A stretch of 64,000 bases of DNA, from positions 62,001 through 126,000 of the forward strand of contig MEDY01000013.1 of the NCBI GenBank assembly GCA_001724265.1, given 5' to 3'. This stretch comes from Rhizaria sp. SCN 62-66 (Eukaryota). Position numbers and translations under genes: made by a program. The notes beneath the pieces were generated by a model. It was not told the origin of the DNA, did not search any database, and saw only the letters and a list, made by a program, of their open reading frames with translations. This document shows positions 13,701 through 25,924 of the stretch, in pieces (position 1 is the stretch's first letter; each line of letters opens with the position of its first letter).

Positions 13701-16700
13701 GCACTGCGACCAGACCGCCAGCGCCACCTCGACCGGGGCCCATGTCCCGCGGCAGCATTCCACCGCTGGCAGAGGCGGCACCGGCCACCCAGCCGCTGCC
13801 AGTGCCGTAGGTATCGGTGGCTGTCGCGGCGAGAAGAGCGGTCAGTGCCCGGCCGACGGCGCGGCGCGGGGCGCGGAGACAGAGGTAGAGAATTGCACGG
13901 AAAGGATCACGCGCCCACGACGGCATGGGGAGATCGCTTGACGCTGGTAGAGGTTGCGGCGGCGGCAGAGGCAGCGCTGTCACAAGGGGCGCCTTCACTG
14001 GAAAAGTCTTAACACTCGCGCTAACAGAACTCCCAGTTTTACTCCCGGTGACAACAGTTGCGCGCGTTGTGTTAGTCACAGTGCGGCGCTGTGGTGAATG
14101 AATGACATTCGCGATCTTTCTCGCGTCACCGTCATCTTCCTCTTCGTCTGCAGAGCTGCCGGCTTCGACGATGACGACGCCAGAGCCCGCGGCGCTCGCG
14201 GCAGTCAAACCGCCGCTGCCGCTACCGCCAGAGCCGCCACTGCTGCTGCGCGACGTCGAGCTGTTGGGCCCACGCAGCGCGCCGCGGCCCGTTTGTGGTT
14301 GTGGCGCACGCCACGCAGCCGCGCCCGCGCCCGCGCTCGAGCCCGCGCCGTAACTGCTCGCGGAACTGCTGTTCACGTGGGGCTTTGTGCGCGTTGAGCG
14401 GGGCGCGGGGCCGACAGTAACGGGCAGGAACACGTACCCATTGCTTCCCAAAGCACTTGCGTAGGAGAGAGCGCCGTGCATCGAGTGAAACTGCTGTTGC
14501 GTTGTTGCGAATGCGCTCGTGGAGGCGCGCGTCGTGGCAGGATGTGGTCGCGCCGGCCGCCGCCGGTGGCCCTGTTTGTACACGTGCCGCATCCTCCGCG
14601 CCGCCGCTGCCGCTGCCGCCGCCGCAGCAATCGCCGCCGCACTTTGCGACGGGCCGTCTTGAAGCTCGAGCGAAGACGACGGAGCTCCTGCACTTGCTGC
14701 AGGGACGACAAACCGCGTGCGGCGGGCGCCGCGGGCCCCTGCTGCGGACCGACGGCCAGCGCCACCGGGCTGAGCGCGCGGGCGCCTGGGCGCAGCCGCG
14801 GCGGCCGCGGCCTCGGCGCCGACCACGCTCGCGAGCAGACTGTCGACAGAGTGCGCGTCGCTGTTGCTGGCGTCGCTGAGGAGAGCGCCGTCGTCGGGAG
14901 CGTTGCTGTTCACGCTCAGACCGCTGTCACTGTTGTTGTTGTTGCCTTCGTTCGCAGAGACTGAGCCTGAGCGGTTGCTGTTGCGGGCACCACGCCTGCG
15001 GTGGCGCGAAGTACCGTGTCCAGTCAACGGGCTACTAAGGCGGGCCGCCGAAGCCGCTGCTGGCGCTGGCAACAACACCATTGGCGCTGGCGCTGGCGCA
15101 GCAGAGTCCAACACATACGCATCGATGCGGTTGTTGCTGTTGTTGGTGGCGAGAGGGGTGAAACCGGGACTGCTGTTGTACCGCCGTGGCAGCGTCATCG
15201 AGCTATCGCGCGCAGCGGTCGCCAGCGGAGTCGCTGCAGAGCTGCGGGGACCGCGGCCGCCGCTCATGGGCCTCACCGCCGTCGTCTTGGCCGTCGGTGT
15301 GACTGTATCTGCGGACGTGCGGGGCACAGTGTGCGGCACAGTGTGCGCCTTTGCGTTGAGGCTGCTGCGAGGAGTGGTCACGGCGCCGAAGCCAGGCCTT
15401 TCATGCAAGCCCAAGTCGTCATCGCCGTCGTTTTCGTTGTCACTCGCAGTGCGTCTGCCGCGATCGTTGTCAACCTCATTGTCAATGTCGCTGTTATTCG
15501 CGTCAGGCAAGCGCGAGCGCGACTGCGAGAACGAACGCGCGTCAGATTCAGCGACGCAGCTCTGCCGGTCATCGTGCCGTGCGTATTCTTGCTGTTGTTG
15601 CTGCTGCTGCTGTTGCTGTGCGAGCGGAGAAACGCTGAGCAGAGAGCGGCGACGCGGAATCGGTCCAAGCGGCGACATCGCCGGAACAGCTGCACTCGAG
15701 TCGAGACTCGCGCTCAAACCAGCAGCACCGGCGGCACTGCCGGCATCTAGAGTGGCGCGGCGCTGGCGCGTCGGCGCAAGCGCAAGCAAAGCGAGCGAGT
15801 TGTCGCCGTTGCGATGCATCGCAACGGCAGCAGCGTTCTCCTCGTCGCTGTGGTCGCTGCCAGTCAAGCCACTGACCGCCTCGCTGTCGGCGCCGACGCT
15901 GCCGCTGGCGTCGCCGCTGCCGGCGTCGCTGCTGTGGCTGCGGCTGCCGCCGCCTCGCTCGTAGTCCGACCCGCCGTCGTGCCGCCTCGCTGCCGCGCCT
16001 CTGCCGGTCAGCGAGCCGCGGCCAGTGACGGCGGCGGCAGGCCGGACTGCGCGGGTCGACAAAACAGCGGCCGCAGCAGTCGCCGCCGCGGCCGCAGCAG
16101 CAGCACGGCGACGCGTGCGTTGCGCCTTGCGCAGACCGCTCAGCGCGCCCGCCTCGGCGTTGACTGACAAACGGCGCACGGGCGCCCGCGCGGCAACGGC
16201 TGCGGCGGCCGCAGCGAACCCGGCCCCGCCAACAGCAGCGGGCGCTGCGGGCGAAGCAAGCGCAGACAGCGTGCCGGCGCGGCGCAGCGCGGGAGTGGCG
16301 GCGCCCGCTGCAGTTGGCGTCGCAGTCGTCGCGGCGACGCTCGTGCCGCCGTAATCACCGTGACTCGCGATGCTCTGTCCGCGGGTGCTACTTAGCCCGC
16401 GCGTGCTTAAGCCGCGCGCGCTCGGGTCGCGGGTACTTAGATTCGCGTCAGAACGGCGAGCACGCAGACGCACGCGGCGCTGTGAGCCGCCGCCGACCGT
16501 GTTGGTGTTGGTACCGGTGCCAGTGCCGTTTGCAGTCGCATTCGCGGTCGCAGTTGCGGTTACGGGGCCCTCGGAGAGCGGAGGCGGGGAGTCAGCACGC
16601 GAACGCACAGCCGCGCGCGCCTCAGAGCCGGTCCACTCGCTCTGTTGGTCGCGGTCACGGTCACGCGGTGGGCCGGCGCCGCGGTGGCTGAAGTAGTCAG

Positions 16701-19700
16701 CGTGGTCTCGGTCGTTGTCACACAGCGCGGCGCGGTCGCCGGTCGAGTCAGTGGCAGTGTCGACCGCACTGGCTCTAACGTCAACGGCGCGGGCGCTGTT
16801 GTTGCGGTCCGTGTCGCTGTCGTCACTGGTGTCGCTGTTGCCAGAGCCGTACAGCTTGCCGTGCTTGCGGAGCGCGCTGGCAGAACCGCCGTCAACATCG
16901 GCGCCGGACGCAGTGTTGGCCGTGTGATCAGTCGAGCCGTCACCCGTGTCGTTGTCGTTGTTGGCGCTGCTCGCGTGCGCGTTCGCTGCCGTGTACAGAG
17001 TGGATTTGTCGTCAAAGTCGCCGTCGTCGTACTCCGCAGTCGACTCTTGCCCTGATGAAAGGCTGGAGCTGAGTGAACTGTCGTCGAGCTGGCGCCCCAG
17101 CAGCGCGGGCAATGCAGCGGGGCGCGCGCGCGGGACGCCGCGGAAGCCAGAGCCCCGCGCCGCGCGCCGCCACTGCCGCGAACCACTCGCAACACCGCCA
17201 GATGTACTTCCACTCGCGGTCGCAGCGGCTGCGCTGTTGGCGTTGCTTGGACTGAGAGAATTAGAGACAGCTGCATGGCGGGAGAATGACGAAGGACGGC
17301 GTAAGCCAACACGAAGCCCGCTGCTGCTGGTTCCAGTGCTAGAAGGGTCTTCTTCAAGATCTTCTTGTTCGTCACCGCCTTCATCAGCTTGCTCATCGCC
17401 GTCATCGTCGACGTCGTCCTCGTCCTCGTCCTCTTCTTCCTCTTCGGTGACCGTGGTGGTGGAGCTTTCTTCCAGCTCGTCTTCCTCCTCCTCCACAGCG
17501 TCCTCCTCTTCAACTTCATCTTCTTCCTCTTCGGTCAGCACTTGGCTGCCGTCGGCATCGTCCTCGTCCTCCTCTTCCTCCTCCTTGATAGCCTTGAAGC
17601 GGCCGACAGTCCGCGTGACACGGCGCCGCGGCCGCCACAGCCCACTGCCACTGAGCCCTGCGCCGCCCTTGCCGCCAGCAGCGCCCGGCGCGCCGCTCGC
17701 GAACGCAGCGCCGCTGCTACCAGTGCCAGAGCCGCCGCTGCCGCTAGAGCCGTGCCTTGTTGCGCTGCTCTGCTTGGCTCCGGCTGCGGTCGGAAAAACA
17801 CGCCGGATCTGCACAAGGCGCATCGCAGTGTTATCAGCGGCACTGCTGGCGGCGTCTGTGCGCGCGCCTGCAGCAGCGGATGCAGCTGCAGCCGTTGGCG
17901 CCGAAGCAGTCAAAGCAACAGCAGTATTGTCGTTCGCTGCGCTAGTCGCGTTCAACACAGATTTGGGCTGTAGAGAAGATGAAGCAGCGTTTGTGGTGAG
18001 ATTGGCAGCAGCCGCAGAGATCGCTGGCGCGGTCGGCGGGCGCATTGCGCGCAGCACAGGCTGCGAGTGCGATGCGACGGCGGAGAAACGACTGTGCGCA
18101 TTGATGGGAGTCAGGTTGACAGCGTTGTACAGACGCAACAGCCGCAACGCGTCGCCAGATCCGGTACTGGCGCCGCTGGGAGTCGTGGCACTGACGCCGG
18201 CCGAGCCTGACGTCGAAGACGACGCGGATGCGGTGCCAGGAGGGCCGGCACCGATCGTCGCTGCCGGCGAAAGCTGAGGCCCTGAGACACCTGTCGCGGA
18301 GCCTGATGCCTTCGCATTACTTGCATGCGCGGATAAAGGCTTTGTGTTGGACACACTCAACGCGCTGTTGTTAGTGCTTTCAACGGTAGCAAAGTCTTCT
18401 TCGTCTTCGTCTTCGTCGCGGTCCTCGTCCTCCTCGTCCTCATCCTCGTCGTTGTCAGCGGACGCCTTTTTGCCACCGCCGGCGGGCAGCGCGTTACCCG
18501 CAGCAGCAGCGGCCGCGGCCGCCGCAACACGCGAGCCCGCCAGGCCCGCCCATGGCAGCGAAGCATCTTCGAGATACCGTTGCCAGTCGCGCAGCGAGGA
18601 GAACGACGCCGAGGAAAGCGGAATGCGGCGGCCGCGGGGCGCGCGCGCGGGGCCAGCCGCCGCCGCGGCAGCAAGCGCCGACGCCGAGGCCGAGGCCAGG
18701 GAACGCACAGGCACGTGTGCGTAGCCCACCGAACCCGCAGCGCTGGCAATGCTTGCATCAAGCACTGCCGCTCCAGCATTGCGACTGCGGCTTTGGCTCA
18801 CGCGCGGCGCATTGCCACCACTGGCGGCGAGCAGCCTCGGATGGTAGTCCGTGGCAGCTGAGAACGCGTCGCTGGTTGCGTGCGACTGCGCGTCACTTGG
18901 CGCCGGGCTCGGGCTGCGGCCTGTCCCGCGCACTGAGCCACGCATTCCGTCATTCAGCGCGTCACGCAGTCCGCCACGCACTGCGCCGCGCACTGCCGTG
19001 TCGCTCCAGTCGCGGTCACCGGTCTCGGATATCTCGGCGACCGATGTACCTGTGATATGTCCCCGGTAGCCTGCGTTGCTGTACGCACTGCGGCCACGGC
19101 CTGCGGCGGACGCGGAGGCAGCGTCGCTGCCGCTACCGTCCCAGCCGGCCGCCGCCGCAGCAGCCGCCGTGGCTGCGACACCGCGCCGCCGCCTGGCGCG
19201 GCCCTGCCCCTGGCCTTGCTGTTGCTCTTGTTGATACCCCGTGTGTGTGCCGCCGTCATAACCGTAGTTGGGAACGCCTCCAGACTGCGTCGTGTTGGTT
19301 TGCCTGCGCCGACGGTCGCGGTAGTATTCATACCGAAACACAGGGTCGTCGTCGTCGTTCACGTCACGGGGATCGAACCCGTTGCCGTCAGCAGCGGCGG
19401 CGGTCGCAGCGGCTGCGGCGGCCGCGGCAGCGCGCGCGGCGGCGGCGCGGCCACGTGCGGCGGCGCGCATCTGCCTCTGCTCGTGCGGCTGCATCGCGTC
19501 CGCAACAAACGCACCCGTGTTGCCACTTGCAATGTTCGTGTTTGCAGTTGTAGAGGTGTCGGCAGCGGGGGTTGCGCCAGAGAGCAAGTGCAGCAACATC
19601 GGTGTCGCGCGGCGTTGCGAAGACGTCGTGCCAGCCAAACCGCTGCGCCTGCGCCTGCGCCGCGCTGCATCGCCGCCATCTTGCCCCGCCATCGCGGATG

Positions 19701-22700
19701 TTGCGGTTGAGGCGAGTGTCAATGACGCTGATGAGCCAAGAAGAGAGCGGCCGCGGGCGAGGCGGGCGGCGGCGCGGCGCGCGGCGGCGGCAGGACCTTG
19801 ATCTTGGTCGCCGTCGTCTTCGTCCTCGTCGTCGTCGTCGTCCTCTTCTTCGTCGGCTTCGGACTCGGACGGCGGCTGGGACTGCTTGTTCTGCGCAGCG
19901 GCGGCGGATGCACCACTCGTGGCAGCCGTGGCCGTGGTGACATTACTTGGAGTAGCCACAGGTTTACCGGCAATGGTTACCCTTTCGCTAGCGGCAACGT
20001 TAATAACGTTGTTAGCGCCTGCGTGGCTGCTGTTGGAGAACACCTTGGGGCGCAGAGACGTCGTTGTCGCACGCGCGCGGGCAACTGCGGCAGCCGCGAC
20101 TGCCGCGGCGGCTGCTGCGGCTGCAATCGCGGGGGGCAGCTCAGCCCTGACACTCAGCCCCTTAGACCCCTGGCCCTTAGATCCTGTTCCCTTAGAGCCG
20201 CCGGCGCCCTTACTGCGACCTGAGTCTGCTCTTGTCAACACGGCCGTTGCGAGTCCAGTGTTACTACCACTCTTGTTGGAGCCCAGGTTGGCGTCCAACG
20301 CAGAACTTGAGTCTACCAATATCAATGCTGTGTTACCAGCTCCATCCGCAATAGAGACACCGCCGCCAGCAGCATTAAAGTTCACATTGCTGTTGCTGTT
20401 GCTATTGTTGTTGTTGTGGGGAGTCGTGGCGCGCGGCGTCACAGAGCGGCCTGACTTTGGCGTCGGCTTGCGCCTGTGTGCGCCTGCAACAGCCGCGGCC
20501 AGCGCAGCCGCAGCCGCCGCGCCCGCGCCAGTAGCGGAGGCGGCCAGAGCAGCGTCTCGCTCACGGTCGCTTAGCCCGTGTCCGTGACTGAGTCCGTGGC
20601 CGTGACCGTGGTAGCCTGAGGCGCCGCTGCTGCTACCGTTGTAGTAACTGCTCGTAAGCGTGCCTGCGTTATTGCCATCGAGACTAATCCGCACTGCAGC
20701 GCCGTACAGGTCACCACCGGCCTCCGCATCAGGTTCGCCAGCAGCGGCACATGCAGCCTCAGCAGCGGCCTCGGCCTCAGCGCCAGCGCCCTCGCTCTCG
20801 CCGAACAACCTTGCATTCGCAGCGCCAGTGCCGCCCGGCGCCATCGGCGGCCCGCCCATCATCGGGTGCGTCGCCGGGTTCGTGCTTGTATTCGCTGCAT
20901 TAGCGTTGGCGCTGTTAGCGAGCGCGGGGACGGGTGTGAGCGGCAGATCAGCCAAGTCAGCGTCGGCGTCCTCTGACGGCGGGCACGGCAGCATGAAAAA
21001 CACAGCGGGTAGCCGCGACAGCCGCAGTGCGCGCGCGGGCGGAGGAAACGGCAAAGCAACTGCGAGCGCGATGTCTTCTAGCACTTGGCTCTGCGCCTCT
21101 GCAGCAGCCCGCAATGCGCGTGGCAGACTCGCAGATATAGCAGAGCCAGGGAACCTTTCGTTCTCAGCTGCATTCCGACTGTGCGAGATGTCATCTTGCT
21201 GCGGTAGTAACGGCGGAGAGCGCTGAGGCAGCGCAGGTGCTGCAAAGACTGCGTATGCGTTTGTGCGTCCAGCAGCGTTGAGAGCAGCTGCCAGTGAAGC
21301 TAGTGCAGGCACAGTGCTGACGGTGGGAGTTCCACTGCTCTGCGCAAACGTGAGCGCGGTTGGAACACTGAGGCGCAACGAGGACAGAACAGAGTGTGGC
21401 AGCGTCCATAGGAGCGCGCGCGGGGCCATTGCAACACTGCGACGAAGCGAGCCTGACGTAATTGGCGATGAGGCTTTTGGTGTTGTTATTGCAGTGCGAG
21501 AGGGAGAACGAGAGAGCAGCAAGAAAGGCGCAAAACACGGTAACAACAGCAGCGCGCCAGAGCTACGGTTGCCGTTGCTGTGTGCGTTCACCAGAGCAGT
21601 CGTAACCGGTGACATAAGGGTGCCCGCAAGCGCAACAGAGGTGTTCGGCATGTTCGAGCTGTTTAGTGCCGGTGCAGTCATCGCAAGAGTGTCAGTCGAG
21701 AACAGTGCAACGGCGCGTCCTTGCACTACCACAGTCACTGCGCCCACAGCCACCGCGGTTACCGTTGCTGTCGGAGCTGCGCTCACGGTTGCGGGTGTCG
21801 CCGGGTTCGCAGTTACAGAAGAAGAAGCAGTATGCTCCGTGCGCAAACTGCGCAAGTTGCTGCCATTGCCAGTGGAAGAGCTCTCGTGCACATGTGGCGT
21901 GACGGTCGTGACGGTGAGAGTACGGTGCAGCAGTGCAGCAGCCGCGGCACGCGATAAAGTGCCTAAACTGCCGCAAAGCAGCGGTGCACGCAACCGACGC
22001 GCAACCGCGATTCGCCTAACAGTACTTGGCGTGCTTGCTGACTGAGACTGCGACGGTGAGTTTTGCCGTGGCTGCTGCTGTTGTGACATCAAGTATGCGC
22101 GGTCGCTGTTGACGCCCACACCACTCACCTTGACCCGTTGACACACACTTGGGCTGCGGCTGGAAGTATCACGCGTGTTCGCAAATGCGATCGAGTCGCT
22201 GGCGGCGTGAAACGCAATCGTCCTCGGCCGAGCCTCCATGAGCGCAAGCGCAGCGGCCGACAGGGTAGCGCCACGTCGCCTCGGCGGCGCGGAGAAGTCA
22301 ACGTCGACGCCCATAGAGCGCAGGACCGAAAAAAGGGGGAACACGGCAGTCAGCGGTACCGCGAGTGTTGGAGCTGTTGCGATGTCCACCGAACTAGACT
22401 CAGCACTACTGTGCATAGCGGAGCTCCCCGTGGATGTTGAGTCAGTAACGCGTCTGTTGATGCTATTATTGGTGTTGTTGTTATTGTTGACATTCAGTGA
22501 CGGAGCAGCAGAGAGAGCTGTGGACACAAGAGGGGCGCCGAAAGAGCCCGCGGCAGACGCAGGCACGGATGCTGTCACAGAAGCAGCCACAATCGCATTG
22601 GAAGCACTTGCACTTGCAGTCGCATGGTTCGCGGTGATGTTCGTGCTAGACGTTGTAGTCACATAGCCACAACCGGGGCCCGACGTGAACGCAGGTACCG

Positions 22701-23751
22701 CCGACTGGCCGTGAGCGCCATGAGTGCCCGAGGGCGCTGTGACCGTGGGCAGCAGAAGGTAAGCCGCGTCCGCATCGCCGTTGATCACACACTCTACAGA
22801 GTCGCTCTCGAACAAGGCACGCAGACTGGCTAAGCCACGGCAAGCTTTACCGTCAGCGATCGCACTATCCGTGTTCATTACTGTGCTCGCGATGTTGTCG
22901 TCGTCGTGGTGGTCGCCCCACAAGTCCCACTCGCCGCTGTCCCAGCCGTCGTCCTCGTCAAGCTGTGCCTGATCGCTCGCATTCGCAGCATAGACGGCGC
23001 TGGCTGCTGACTCAGCAACTTCGCTGCCAGCAGCGCTCAGCAGCAGCCTCGGTGTCGCAACTCCGCCCGCTGCATGCGCGGCAGGAGCTGCAGCAGCGCT
23101 CTGCAGCGGCGTCGGCGCCGGTGTCACAGCCGCCGACGGGGGCGCAGTCCCGGCAGCCACCGCGGAGTTAAACCCGGCGAAACCGCTGCTGTTTGTGACC
23201 GCGCTGACAGGAACAAGACGGAACTTCTCAGCGCGCAACACAGCGAACGCAGCGGCCCAGAGGGGTTCATTAGCGGGGCTAGCGGCTGAGGCCCAGGCGC
23301 GGCAGACACGAGGCACACTGCGTAGCAGGTCTTCCGGCCTGAGGAAAGACAAAACGCACTGTAGCACGGGGGAATCTGGGTCCATAAGCGCACTCGGCGG
23401 CTGGGGCTCAGTGATCGCGGGCGCGCTTTTGTTGGCGTTGTTTTTGTGTTTGATGAGGTTGTTGTTCGAGAGGGATTGTGAGTTCAGAAGTGCGCGTGCA
23501 CAGGCCAATGCAGTCACTGCTGCTGCTGACGGTGCCGCCAGAGTGACTGCGACCGTGGGCATTGACAGCGCAGTGACTGTGAGCGCAGTACTCGTGCCCG
23601 CGGGCCCAGTACTCGCGGGCACTTGTTCTGCCGCAGTGACCGTGAACTGGCGCTTGGGAAGACCGAGCACGACGGACAACGCAGCGACTGCCGCCGATGC
23701 ATCAGAAACCGCAGTCCCCGTCCACGGGGTTGTCGCTGCTGTTGCCGTTGT

Positions 23752-23784
<33 letters not shown>

Positions 23785-24684
23785 GCGCGAGTGCCGCACA
23801 AGAGCCCTGAGTTCAGCTGATAACTGTCCCGTCGCTGCGGCAGCAACCCAGTCAACTTGCACCGGAGAACTGACGCTCGCACTGTGAGGCTGCTGCTGCT
23901 GGTGCTTGGTGTGCTGGCTGTGGCCCACGCGGCCGTGGGTCGTCGAGGCGCGCACAGCCCTATACACGCCATCAGCGCCTGCTGTCGCGTCATGGCCAGC
24001 ATCCTCGTCGGAGTCGCCGCCGTCGTTGTCGTCGCCGTCGTGGGCATCACTGCGAGCTCCAGCGGCGACGTCAGCGTCGGCGTCAAAGTCGCCGTCCGCG
24101 GATATGTGCGACTGCGACTGTGAGAACGCGTGGCCGTGGGTACTGGGGAACGCAGGCGGCAACGGGCCGATCATCAGGCCGCCACTGTGCCCGTGCAAGT
24201 TACCGTGAGCACTGTGAGCAGAGTGACTGTGAGTCGACGAGACTAACTGGTTGCGCTTACTCTGAGCAGCAACAGCAGCAGCAGCTAAATGGCCGTGCAC
24301 AGCAAAGTGACGAGCGAAACCACTCGGACTCAGCGCAACAGGAGCAGACGCAGAGGCAGGAAAAACTTCAATACCACAACCACCAGCAGCAGCAGTCGCA
24401 TTCAGCTCAGCGCCAGGCTTCACGCTAGTTACTACCGTTGACGTTGATACCTATGGAGGCGGTGAGAAACGGCTTGCTTTGCCTTCCTCATGCTCTTCAT
24501 CATCGTCGTCGTCGTCAGCCTTTGCGTCCGCATACTTCACATCCGACTCCGTGTCACCACCAGTAGTGCGCTCACGCTTCCGGTTAGCGCTCTCGCGTTC
24601 ACCACGCGCGCGCCCGCGGCGATACTTCGCACCCATCCCCGCAGCGCCAGCAGCTGCATGGCCACCACCACCACCACCACCACT

Positions 24685-24727
<43 letters not shown>

Positions 24728-25158
24728 GCAGCAGCAGCGGCAGCGCTAGCAGCAAGAGTAGCAGCAGCAGAAGCAGAGGTGGTGGCGCGCATAGCAGAGC
24801 CAGCACGCGCCGCCACAACGTCGCTGCTGTCGGTGGCGCTACTGTTGGCGGCGCTGACGTTTCCTTCCTACGGCGGGGGCACGAGAGCAGAGTCTGGAAC
24901 GCGCCCCTCCGCAGTTGTCGCCTCAGACCGTGCAAGCGCCTGCGCTGCGACCATGGTCTCCGAGACAAGGGCGAGAAACGCGGTGTAATCGCTCGCGCCA
25001 GCGGCTTGCGCGGAGAGGGATGCAAGCAGGTGCGCATAGGGGGACTACGAGGCCGCGATGGCGTCGGCAGCAGCACTTGCATCGTCGTGTATGGTTGATG
25101 CTGTTGGTGTTGGCGTTGCGCGCGACCCACGCCGGGAGCGCGGGGCGGCAGGGTCCAT
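7765..25158 (-). CDS. Giant intronless F-box + WD40 protein (~5,797 aa if three in-frame TAGs are read as sense; otherwise the 5,552-codon ORF 7765-24423)
   Basis: F-box-like VLQCVLSFLRPEDLLRSVPRVCRAW (~23290-23375). Seven GH...W[DRSN] WD40 repeats at ~10070-11030 and ~7885-8360. The same frame continues from 24423 to ATG 25158 with only TAG interruptions (24451-53, 24868-70, 25045-47). Stop TAA. Confidence 0.8.
23748..23783. repeat. Imperfect (TTG)n trinucleotide tract encoding poly-Thr on the minus strand
   Basis: Directly visible ttgttgttg run inside the F-box/WD40 ORF. Confidence 0.85.
24660..24745. repeat. (CCA)n/(GCA)n trinucleotide tracts encoding poly-Gly and poly-Ala on the minus strand
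   Basis: Directly visible. It lies in the TAG-containing N-terminal extension of the F-box/WD40 gene. Confidence 0.85.
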
Positions 25159-25924
25159 TGCGCACAAAAGGAAGGCTAATGCGTGCGTGGATGGTGGATG
25201 GATGAAGTGTGTTCAGCGTGTGCTGAGGGAATGCGCAAGGGAAGGCAACGAGATGAAGAGAGGAGAGTCGATGGCGTGAGAAGAGGCACGATTATAAAGG
25301 GTTTGGCAGAAGGGTTAACGGGAAATATGTGGTTAGCACGGGACATAAAAATAAGCCACTTGTAGGCGAATCAAAACAGAGTTTGTTTGTGTTGGGGCTG
25401 TAGCTACGGCGGTGGATGGCCGCATTGATGGGCTTGACCCTTCCCTGTGAAGCGGTCACAGAGCGAGTGATATTACCTAGGTTGATCCGCAGAATCCGTC
25501 ATTGACAAAATACTCAGCGCGGCACGTTTCCCCTGTGCGGATTCGATATAATCCATTTGTAAAATTGCATAAAAACAGAGTATAGCGCGGTATTCGAGTC
25601 TTTTCGATCGATTTGTTGTCCGCTTCGATTGGTTGGTCACGAAGAATCTGCCTCGGTTCGCAAAAATTCGCCCTTGCAGTATTTTGGTTGAGGTAGTCGA
25701 CGTCGCTCGAGGTTTCTTTGCTCGACATCACATCATCCGCCAAATGGTGATTTAACTCGTGCCCCACTTAATATGACTTGGAAATACTCTATTTCTAATT
25801 TGGCCGGTAGCGTTGGTGCTGCTATGCCTTTATACATCCCATCTTGAAACCCCAGAGCACGTGATGGCCACTCAAAACGCTTCCCCCTTCTTGTCTCCCG
25901 CTTTGCGCACCCCTCCTTCTGCAG

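Noticed and set aside
24451-24453. TAG as a 3' splice acceptor rather than an in-frame codon
   Set aside because: Upstream sequence is GC-rich, in frame and coding-like, without the AT-rich pyrimidine tract seen in the other introns. Disfavoured but not formally excluded.
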